Position numbers and translations under genes: made by a program. A stretch of 34,083 bases of DNA from a virus (taxonomy: Duplodnaviria > Caudoviricetes): the IMG/VR virus record IMGVR_UViG_3300020044_005404, positions 1 through 34,083 of that record, one strand, 5' to 3'. Positions 1 to 6,878 of the stretch are shown here, piece after piece; positions within the stretch are counted from its first letter, which is position 1; every line of letters begins with the position of its first letter. The notes under the pieces are model-generated. The model was not told where the DNA came from. It was given only the letters and a program-made list of their open reading frames with translations, and searched no databases.

Positions 1-109
1 TGATAAGACCTAACAGGTCATCGTTTACACCTTCCAAGATACCGTTAGCACCGGAAAGGATGATATCCAACAGTTCAGCAGAAGCACCGCCGATAGGACC
101 GCCGGGGAT
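1..109 (-). repeat. Inverted copy of major capsid gene segment 33077-33185 (probable chimeric contig end)
   Basis: Reverse complement of 1-109 aligns to 33077-33185 with 5 third-position mismatches. The junction lies in a 9-bp microhomology, GCCGGGGAT. Confidence 0.95.
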
Positions 110-243
110 AAGCTTCAAATCTATTGAACAACTGGCAGACGCTGAACAGCAGACATACGTAGGAGTTTGGAACGATGTCCAACTAAGAGCTACCAAGAAA
201 CTTGAACTAATGCTGAATATGGAGCTGTCAAAAAACCATAAGG
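101..243 (+). repeat. Terminal direct repeat, left copy (circular overlap with 33941-34083)
   Basis: 143 bp, 6 mismatches (positions 128, 140, 141, 182, 186, 236). Confidence 0.95.
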
Positions 244-956
244 TAAAGACGGCCCAATACAGCGTTAATACACCAAAGAGTACAACCGCTACTATCGTTA
301 ACCTCGGTAGTAACGCCGCTATAAAATTCTCTCAGAAGTGCGTAAGTCCTTTGCAAGGACATTACATTCAGACCGTTACCATCCGTAAACAAGATATTGG
401 AGACGATGCGTATCTGGCTATCTATGATGCCGATACCAATGAGTTGCTGTATTCTGATACAATATTTACTGATGCTGTTAATTCAGATATCACCTTTCAG
501 GTACATAAGACTTTCACCAATGAGAATATATTGGTGACAATGTCCGTCAATAGTGGTATCTTCTATACTGAAGATGCTGATAATATATACCGTGACTGCG
601 TGTATATCGAATACGGTAACACCGCCAACACCTTCACCAATACGGGACTTAACTACGGCCTTTCGGTAGTCTATGGCCTACGATGTTCTTTGACCAACCT
701 TGCCTGTTACGCTAAGGACTTATTTGCTTTGCCACTATGGTATATGCTAGGGTCTGAGATGATGATGGAACGCATGACATCGGAACGTATCAATAAGTGG
801 ACGGTGGACCGTAAGCAAGCCGAAGAACTCAAAGCGTTCTACGATGCTGAAGCTGAAAAGGCACTCAAGGCCGCCATTGCCGGTACGGCTATTAACGACT
901 GCGACTGCTGCTTAGAATGTGACCCACCAATAGCTGTAAGAGAGGCACGACTGTAA
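101..956 (+). CDS. Head-tail connector/adaptor-like virion protein, 3' part (true start at 33861; about 311 aa across the circular junction)
   Basis: Follows the capsid gene when circularised. The track's N-terminus MISNSSAEAPPIGP comes from the inverted chimera. Cys-rich C-terminus CDCCLEC. Function inferred from position. Confidence 0.6.
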
Positions 957-1429
957 TGCTAACGATAACCTCTAACCTCAAAGACGTAACCTCCGCCCTT
1001 ATGGGTAGGCTTAAGGCCGTTGCTGACCCTAACGGGGAAGTTAGAGACAAGATGCTTCGTACCATTGCCTTGGATACCGCCGCTCAAATGAAGGTCCGTA
1101 TCCACCAAGAAGGTAAGAATAGCGAGGGTGGACAGATAGGGGAATACTCCAACGCCTATCTTAAGGTTCGGGAAAAGAACCGGCGGGGTACGGATAAGAA
1201 GGTTATCCTTTCCCTTACCCGGCAGATGGAGAATGATTTCGGTATCGTTTCAGGAACGGGTGCTACGGGTTACGCCCTTGGTTTCAAGAACCCTGATAAT
1301 GCCGATAAAGCCAGTTGGGCTGAAGACCGCTATGGCGATGTCTACAAGCCTACGGAAATGGAAGTAGCTCACATGAGAGTGGTGGCTGAACAATTTATAA
1401 CAGACGTACTGAACGGTGAAACTGCTTGA
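956..1429 (+). CDS. Virion morphogenesis/neck protein (Mu gpG / tail completion-like)
   Basis: 157 aa; pattern RIHQEG..G..IG.YS.AY...R and V.L.LT.QM resembles virion morphogenesis proteins. TAATG coupling to the upstream gene. Confidence 0.6.
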   Translation: MLTITSNLKDVTSALMGRLKAVADPNGEVRDKMLRTIALDTAAQMKVRIHQEGKNSEGGQIGEYSNAYLKVREKNRRGTDKKVILSLTRQMENDFGIVSGTGATGYALGFKNPDNADKASWAEDRYGDVYKPTEMEVAHMRVVAEQFITDVLNGETA

Positions 1430-2006
1430 TAAGATAATAGACGAACTCAACGACCACCTTATGGATGGTGTCCTGAACGAACAAGCGTTTCAGAATGCCG
1501 CTATCTATGGTCTATCGTACCTTACAGTTCCAAAGGATGACAGCCCACAACGTCCGTACACTTGGGATGGTGATAATATCAAAGAGGTCGCTAACCCCGA
1601 TGACAGCTACGCTTTTAGCATCTACCATCGGTGCAATAGCATAGCCTACAAGGATGCTCCCAACCTTACCTTTGGAGACGGGAACGGAATGATACAGATG
1701 GTCTGCGAGATGACCGCCATAGTCTATTCCGACCGCTATAAGACTAACTATACTCAGGAAGATATCCTGATGAAGATATCAGCCGGACTGAACCATACGT
1801 TCACACGTGACCAACTGGGGACTTCTGGCTTACAGAAAGTGAGGGCTACCGTGCTTCGGGCGAATAACAATAGCACGGCGGTTTTTACGGGCGAATACGG
1901 TCAAGAGGCTAACTGCCCCTTGGCAATGAACTCTGTCTACTTTGGTATCGTGTACCAATTAGAAATTACTGCTAACAGCTCTTGTTTGAGCTGCACCAAC
2001 TGCTAA
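1416..2006 (+). CDS. Putative tail terminator/completion protein
   Basis: GTG start, 196 aa, between neck gene and tail tube candidate; ends CLSCTNC. Positional inference. Confidence 0.45.
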   Translation: MKLLDKIIDELNDHLMDGVLNEQAFQNAAIYGLSYLTVPKDDSPQRPYTWDGDNIKEVANPDDSYAFSIYHRCNSIAYKDAPNLTFGDGNGMIQMVCEMTAIVYSDRYKTNYTQEDILMKISAGLNHTFTRDQLGTSGLQKVRATVLRANNNSTAVFTGEYGQEANCPLAMNSVYFGIVYQLEITANSSCLSCTNC

Positions 2007-2018
2007 AACAGACTAACT

Positions 2019-2588
2019 ATGTCTATCTACTATCCTTCATCTTCATGCGGTGGTGGTTCTATTCCTGACTACTACTGTAACCCGTGCCTTGACTCATCTG
2101 TCATCGAGTACGGTCGTGTTCGTTCAATCGCTTTGATTAAGAACACCTATATCGCTACCTTGTTGGCCAACCCGACATCTTCATCCGTATGGTCTACCGG
2201 TATCAATAACGCTGACATCATCGTTATCTATCAGACACAAGGTTCTTACGATGGCGGTACTACGGCTGAACTGACGGGCTTTGGAGACAGTGTAACCTAC
2301 AATGGTAACACTACTCACATCCTGACTTATAAAGACCCTTTCGCTGCTGATAACTGCGACTTCTACAACGCTATCCGTAACTCTACGGATTACACCATCG
2401 CTTTCCGTACATCTACGAAGACATGGTTCGCTGAGGAGCCAGTTACCTTCACCCCGAAAAATGCTATTGCTGACGATGTTCAGTCCGCTATGGCATGGGA
2501 GGTTCAGTGTAAGTGGCAGAACTCCGATAGCCCTTGTGGTTACACCACTCCAACGGGTATCTTCGATAACTGCTATATTCACGCATAA
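2019..2588 (+). CDS. Putative major tail tube protein
   Basis: 189 aa, beta-rich, Thr/Ser/Gly-rich. Codon usage resembles the capsid gene (high expression). Followed by a terminator hairpin. Confidence 0.6.
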   Translation: MSIYYPSSSCGGGSIPDYYCNPCLDSSVIEYGRVRSIALIKNTYIATLLANPTSSSVWSTGINNADIIVIYQTQGSYDGGTTAELTGFGDSVTYNGNTTHILTYKDPFAADNCDFYNAIRNSTDYTIAFRTSTKTWFAEEPVTFTPKNAIADDVQSAMAWEVQCKWQNSDSPCGYTTPTGIFDNCYIHA

Positions 2589-2593
2589 TTAAC

Positions 2594-2622
2594 AGGGCAG
2601 CCCCGTAAGGTTGCCCTTATTT
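2594..2622 (+). terminator. Intrinsic terminator
   Basis: AGGGCAGCC-ccgtaa-GGTTGCCCT 9-bp stem followed by TATTT. Confidence 0.7.
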
Positions 2623-2647
2623 AATCACTAAAAAACAAACCTAAAAA

Positions 2648-3043
2648 ATGTCATCTACTTGGATTTCAATGCCAGTTGAGAACGCTAAAGAAGTCGTTCA
2701 GCGGCAAATACAAGCTCTATCAGGAACGTTAACCAACTACACAAGTTCTACCGTTACCTATGAAGCTGACTGTGAGGTATACTTTGATACCAACTATCTT
2801 ACCAACTTATTTACCTATAACCAAGATTATGTGTACTTTGGTTATTGGTACTTTGCAACCGATACCGTTATTCCTGAGAATACTATGCGTATCAATATGG
2901 ATGACAATCAAGCTACTACGGATGTCTTTGACTCATCAATCTATCCGGTATCACAGTCGCACGCTCCATTCGTTTGGAATAATGTGGTAGCGGCTCCCAT
3001 AACTCCAGTATCTTTTATCGGATATAAATTCAAGCTAGTATAA
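2648..3043 (+). CDS. Hypothetical protein (possibly virion-associated)
   Basis: 131 aa, A-rich initiation region, coupled to the next gene. Confidence 0.6.
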   Translation: MSSTWISMPVENAKEVVQRQIQALSGTLTNYTSSTVTYEADCEVYFDTNYLTNLFTYNQDYVYFGYWYFATDTVIPENTMRINMDDNQATTDVFDSSIYPVSQSHAPFVWNNVVAAPITPVSFIGYKFKLV

Positions 3044-3237
3044 TGGAAACATCTAAAATCATTCAGGAAATCTTCAGCAATGAAGACTATACCAAGGCTG
3101 CTATAACAGCCTACCTTTTGACGGGTGAATCTATGTGGTCTATGCTTGAAACCATAGCTAGTGACTGCAATGAAGAAGCCGATTGCCTCGAAGAAATTTA
3201 CCATCGTTTACGTTTGAAAATCTCTGACAATGTTTAA
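3043..3237 (+). CDS. Hypothetical protein
   Basis: 64 aa, TAATG overlap with the upstream gene. Confidence 0.6.
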   Translation: METSKIIQEIFSNEDYTKAAITAYLLTGESMWSMLETIASDCNEEADCLEEIYHRLRLKISDNV

Positions 3238-3763
3238 GACCTACCTCACCGCCGTAGCCATCATTGCTACCCTTTCCGTTCAAGCCCAAAAGGCACGGAA
3301 GAAACCTACCACCACCACGGTAACCACTACCACCACCACCACGGATACCTTATATACCCGTTGTGAGATGACACCAGTGGCCACCGGGTGGATAATGCCT
3401 ACCGTCAACATCACCAATATCGATACGACACATCGGTTATCCTTTATCCATGATCCCGCTTTCGGAGCTATCATGAAGGATGCCCTTGTAATCGCTTTCG
3501 ATGCTGTCAACGTGCCGGGTAAGACCGTCAAAGGTTATATGCTACTTGCAGGACCATGTGAAGGTCGTGTGGGATGCGGTACCGCCAATGGTCTTTATGC
3601 CGCTCAAGTAACCTATGAGGTGACACAGCCCCGCTTCGATATCCTAATGGGATTGTCATGGCTCGGTACTGGCATCTATGATGGTATCATATCGGTATCC
3701 TTTACCGATAACTGTATCATGTACTCACAACCGTTTAAATTTCGTGGCCCTGCCATCTACTAG
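3230..3763 (+). CDS. Secreted retropepsin-like (clan AA aspartic protease fold) protein with poly-Thr linker
   Basis: Signal peptide ending VQA-Q; TANG flap motif; DILMGLSWL matches the clan AA 'LLGMSFL' motif; catalytic position reads DPA rather than DTG. Confidence 0.55.
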   Translation: MFKTYLTAVAIIATLSVQAQKARKKPTTTTVTTTTTTTDTLYTRCEMTPVATGWIMPTVNITNIDTTHRLSFIHDPAFGAIMKDALVIAFDAVNVPGKTVKGYMLLAGPCEGRVGCGTANGLYAAQVTYEVTQPRFDILMGLSWLGTGIYDGIISVSFTDNCIMYSQPFKFRGPAIY

Positions 3764-3765
3764 CC

Positions 3766-4023
3766 ATGGCTAAAGTTCAGCGGTCGGACCGTGAGGGTAA
3801 GAAGTACAAGGTAGTCGTTGGTGACAAAGAGATACACTTTGGTGCTAGTGGCTACCGTGTTAAACCCGGCACGCCTGCTGGAGACTCTTACTGCGCAAGA
3901 AGTGCGGCGATTAAAGGTGCTAATGACCGCACCACCCCAAACTATTGGGCTAGGAAACTATGGAGCTGTCGTGGCACCAAGTCTGTATCTGATAAACCAT
4001 TCTTTGGAGACCAAACTATATGA
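3766..4023 (+). CDS. Small basic protein, DUF5754/Tlr6F-like
   Basis: Motifs KKYKV, IHFGASGY, SYCARS, NYWARKLW. Confidence 0.55.
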   Translation: MAKVQRSDREGKKYKVVVGDKEIHFGASGYRVKPGTPAGDSYCARSAAIKGANDRTTPNYWARKLWSCRGTKSVSDKPFFGDQTI

Positions 4024-4190
4024 AAAAAGCAATCTTATTCCTTTCCCTCGTAGCCGCTTCATGCGCTACCCCGTCCGCTCCTACTACGGAGACCGTTGAC
4101 ACCGTGACCATCGACACCGCTATCGTAGTAGATACCGTGGTAACCGCTGACACCGTAATAGCCGATACCAATGAAGTCGTGGTACAATAA
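4020..4190 (+). CDS. Small lipoprotein (56 aa) with D-T-[V/A] repeats; not in the ORF track
   Basis: Translated by hand: MKKAILFLSLVAAS-CATPSAPTTETVDTVTIDTAIVVDTVVTADTVIADTNEVVVQ. Lipobox Cys15; ATGA overlap with the upstream stop. Confidence 0.85.
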   Translation: MKKAILFLSLVAASCATPSAPTTETVDTVTIDTAIVVDTVVTADTVIADTNEVVVQ

Positions 4191-4938
4191 CACCCTTGAC
4201 GATACCGTTAGCACATCCGTTACGGCCACTAAACAGGACGTAGATTGGATGAACGCTAACCGTTTCAGCCCTACGGAGACCCAATATGCTTCGCTGTATA
4301 TTGCTTCATCCTTGGTCAAACACGCCAACTTCCCCGGCATCGTTGGCTACGCATCCACCAAGAACATTAAGATGGGACTGGCTTACAGTAGTACGTCTCA
4401 GATCGATACGCTGTTAGCCTATAACAAGGCTCAAACGGATATCACAAAGAAGCTAGTCTATGCCATCACGGAGCTTGAACCCTATAACACGGGTGACTAT
4501 GCCGGGATGACTACCAAGATGCAGTATGCCTACCCTAAACTCAAGGCTGCAGGACTGAAGCACCTTGTTTACATGGGATGGCCTACCGATAGCTATTGGG
4601 CTACCATCGTTCAGAACTGCGATGAGATCAACCTACATTGCTACCGAACCTCCGCTGACATGACCCCTAGCGGAATTTGGGGCTACGTTCAGAAACGCCT
4701 CGGACTTATCGCCGATGCCTGTAAGGCTCAAAATAAGCTCCTAAAGGTCAACATCCTGTATTCCTGCGAGCCTTCCTTCGCCTACGACTGGTTCAAGGCT
4801 AACGGATGGAACGCCGCACATAACATCTTCCTAGGCCAATACGCTACCAAGGCTACGGCAAATATGAAAGCCTTTCTCAATGTCAATGATTTTGCTATCT
4901 TTGTAAGTAAGTATGGCAAGCAGATAAAGCCGTTATGA
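4171..4938 (+). CDS. Putative TIM-barrel glycoside hydrolase-like protein
   Basis: ITELEPY and DEINLHCY resemble GH18-like beta4 (DxEP) and beta6 (D.INLM.Y) motifs; alternating beta/alpha pattern. Confidence 0.45.
   Translation: MKSWYNNTLDDTVSTSVTATKQDVDWMNANRFSPTETQYASLYIASSLVKHANFPGIVGYASTKNIKMGLAYSSTSQIDTLLAYNKAQTDITKKLVYAITELEPYNTGDYAGMTTKMQYAYPKLKAAGLKHLVYMGWPTDSYWATIVQNCDEINLHCYRTSADMTPSGIWGYVQKRLGLIADACKAQNKLLKVNILYSCEPSFAYDWFKANGWNAAHNIFLGQYATKATANMKAFLNVNDFAIFVSKYGKQIKPL
4896..4903 (+). promoter_or_regulatory. Candidate Bacteroidota -7 promoter box upstream of lysis genes
   Basis: TATCTTTG matches TAnnTTTG, 31 nt before ATG 4935. Confidence 0.35.
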
Positions 4939-5210
4939 CCGAAACCGATGTCCTCTCCGTTATCTATAAGTTTGCTACACCTATCCTTATTGGTGTGGTC
5001 TCTTATTTCCTTAAGGGTATTGGCAAGACAGTCCGTCAGATTGAGTCAGACATTACACGCTTCCGCATTGAATATGAAGGCCACCGTGTCATACTGCAAG
5101 AACACAAAGAAAGGCTTGAGAAAATCGAGAACAAGCTCGACCAGAACGATAGAGACCTCAAAGTATTCTACATGGAATTTGCTTCAGACCTTAAAAAAAG
5201 ACAATCCTAA
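4935..5210 (+). CDS. Single-TM coiled-coil protein (holin/spanin-associated)
   Basis: N-terminal hydrophobic helix followed by a heptad-rich segment; lies upstream of the lysis genes. Confidence 0.55.
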   Translation: MTETDVLSVIYKFATPILIGVVSYFLKGIGKTVRQIESDITRFRIEYEGHRVILQEHKERLEKIENKLDQNDRDLKVFYMEFASDLKKRQS

Positions 5211-5225
5211 AACCATAAAAGTAAA

Positions 5226-5588
5226 ATGAAAAACAAATCACTCGTAGTACAAATCCTTTCCATGGCTGTCGTATTAGCCGGTATCTATGGCGGTTTCTTT
5301 GGTCCTACAGGACAGGCCGCCCTTGGTGTTCTTTCGTTCGCCATCACCGCCCTACTTCAGTCTCCTATCCTGTCATCAGGCACATGGCCTACGGGATGGG
5401 AAAAGTCTATCTGGGTTGCACAGATTGCCGGTGTGGTTATTCAGGTAGCTAACTTCGCAGCTGAGTCATCCGTTATCGACCCTGCCGTGGTTAACATCTT
5501 CGTCCTTACCCTGAACGCTTTCCTCACGACCTTCGTGAAGGACTTCGGATCAGGAAGCATGGTGTCTGCTAAGACCCCCTGCGAATAA
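5226..5588 (+). CDS. Multi-pass membrane protein (about 4 TM), holin-like
   Basis: Four hydrophobic segments arranged as two similar halves. Confidence 0.6.
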   Translation: MKNKSLVVQILSMAVVLAGIYGGFFGPTGQAALGVLSFAITALLQSPILSSGTWPTGWEKSIWVAQIAGVVIQVANFAAESSVIDPAVVNIFVLTLNAFLTTFVKDFGSGSMVSAKTPCE

Positions 5589-5619
5589 TACCTTTTGGGT
5601 TCTCTCTGTTGTGTTCATG

Positions 5620-5651
5620 GGGCGGTTGGTAGAAATACCGCCGCCCTTTTT
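5620..5651 (+). terminator. Intrinsic terminator with GAAA tetraloop
   Basis: GGGCGGT-t-GGTA-gaaa-TACC-GCCGCCC followed by TTTTT. Confidence 0.85.
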
Positions 5652-5662
5652 ACTTATTAACT

Positions 5663-6082
5663 ATGGCCATTCCCGTACCTATAATTGATGCAGCCCTTAA
5701 GATTATTGAAAAGGTCATCCCCGACAAAGACGCTAGGGAGAAAGCTAAATTGGAACTTCTTAAAGAGGAAAACCGTAGTGCTCTTGAGGAAGTTAAGACC
5801 GATTTATCCGCCATCGTAGCTGAAGCCAACAGCAATGACAAATGGACCAGTCGTGCAAGGCCGTCATTCCTTTACTTGATGTACTTCTGTATCCTGCTAT
5901 GTTTCTTTGGGGCCATCGTAGGAATATGGTTTCCTACCCATGTAGAAACTGCCGCCTATAATCTGCAGAACCTATTACTGGCTATCCCCGAATCCCTTTG
6001 GTGGCTCTTTGGTGCCGGATACCTTGGTTATACGGGCGGTCGTACCTTTGATAAATGGAAACAAACCAAAGTAGGAAAATGA
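5663..6082 (+). CDS. Holin, 3TM (GTA-type) family
   Basis: Motifs IEKVIPDKD, EANS..W.SR.RP and W.LFG..YLGY..GR..DK; directly upstream of the endolysin. Confidence 0.8.
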   Translation: MAIPVPIIDAALKIIEKVIPDKDAREKAKLELLKEENRSALEEVKTDLSAIVAEANSNDKWTSRARPSFLYLMYFCILLCFFGAIVGIWFPTHVETAAYNLQNLLLAIPESLWWLFGAGYLGYTGGRTFDKWKQTKVGK

Positions 6083-6561
6083 CCGAGGCAGAAAAATACA
6101 ACCGCCTGATAGCTCGCTATGGTAACCCAATGCGTAATCCAAAGGCTTTTGAGGCCGAATGGATGATAATGTGGAACGTCCCCATGTGGATAGATACCCA
6201 CATCCCGGCACTGCCTAACCGTATGTATGTCAATAAGGATATCGTTCCCGTCCTAGAACATACCCTTAACAATATCATAAGCCTTGGAGCTTACAAAGAG
6301 ATTAAGACCTATGACGGAATGTTCAATATCCGTTACATCCGAGGCTCAAAGACAAAGCTTTCAATCCATTCTTGGGGACTGGCAATAGACCTTAACGCCG
6401 CTAACAACCCGTTGGGGAAAACTAAGGCCGAATGTATTGCTTTGGGACTCAATCCTTTTACTACCTTGTTCGATGAAGTTTGGCGGGATGCCGGATGGAC
6501 CTGTGGGATAGACTTTAAACGAGGGGATGGGATGCACTTTGAATACACAGCACACCTATAA
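6079..6561 (+). CDS. Endolysin, peptidase M15 family
   Basis: SIHSWGLAIDLN (SxHxxGxAxD) and DGMHFE Zn-binding motifs. Start placed at 6079 because of the ATGA overlap with the holin stop. Confidence 0.9.
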   Translation: MTEAEKYNRLIARYGNPMRNPKAFEAEWMIMWNVPMWIDTHIPALPNRMYVNKDIVPVLEHTLNNIISLGAYKEIKTYDGMFNIRYIRGSKTKLSIHSWGLAIDLNAANNPLGKTKAECIALGLNPFTTLFDEVWRDAGWTCGIDFKRGDGMHFEYTAHL

Positions 6562-6878
6562 TGATTATCACCTGTAACCGTATCATTTTCCCGCCATCGT
6601 TAGAAGATGATGATGAGGTTATTCGTGAGGCCAAGATACGGCAGAACGCTAAGAACATCCGTAAGCGAAAGTTCACCTTCCACATCGAAGATGTCGAGAA
6701 GTACGGTGAACATGAAGACAATAGATTTACAGAGCTATGGTTCTATTATGAGACCATTGTCATAGAGATGACATTTGAAAAGTTTGACCAAATGTACCGG
6801 GAATGGTACGAAGAAGCACAAATTCAAGAAGACGAAGACCATGATGACGGCTTTCGCTTTTGGATACCTCTAAACTGA
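6561..6878 (+). CDS. Hypothetical acidic protein
   Basis: 105 aa, translationally coupled on both sides. Confidence 0.65.
   Translation: MIITCNRIIFPPSLEDDDEVIREAKIRQNAKNIRKRKFTFHIEDVEKYGEHEDNRFTELWFYYETIVIEMTFEKFDQMYREWYEEAQIQEDEDHDDGFRFWIPLN

Noticed and set aside
60-100. ORF-track N-terminus MISNSSAEAPPIGP
   Set aside because: It is antisense capsid sequence from the inverted chimera; the real start is at 33861.
101-243. Diverged repeat pair as a diversity-generating retroelement TR/VR
   Set aside because: No reverse transcriptase; mismatches are not adenine-specific and are mostly synonymous; copies are at the contig ends.
3306-3343. ACC-rich repeat as a tandem array or contingency locus
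   Set aside because: An imperfect in-frame codon run encoding a Thr linker.
4090-4170. Recurrent GA(C/T)ACCG(T) units as a mini-CRISPR or DNA repeat
   Set aside because: Explained by repeated Asp-Thr-Val codons of the lipoprotein; units are too short and have no spacers.
4020-4938. Frameshift fusion of the lipoprotein to the hydrolase-like ORF
   Set aside because: No slippery sequence in the short shared open window, and the downstream ORF has its own ATG.
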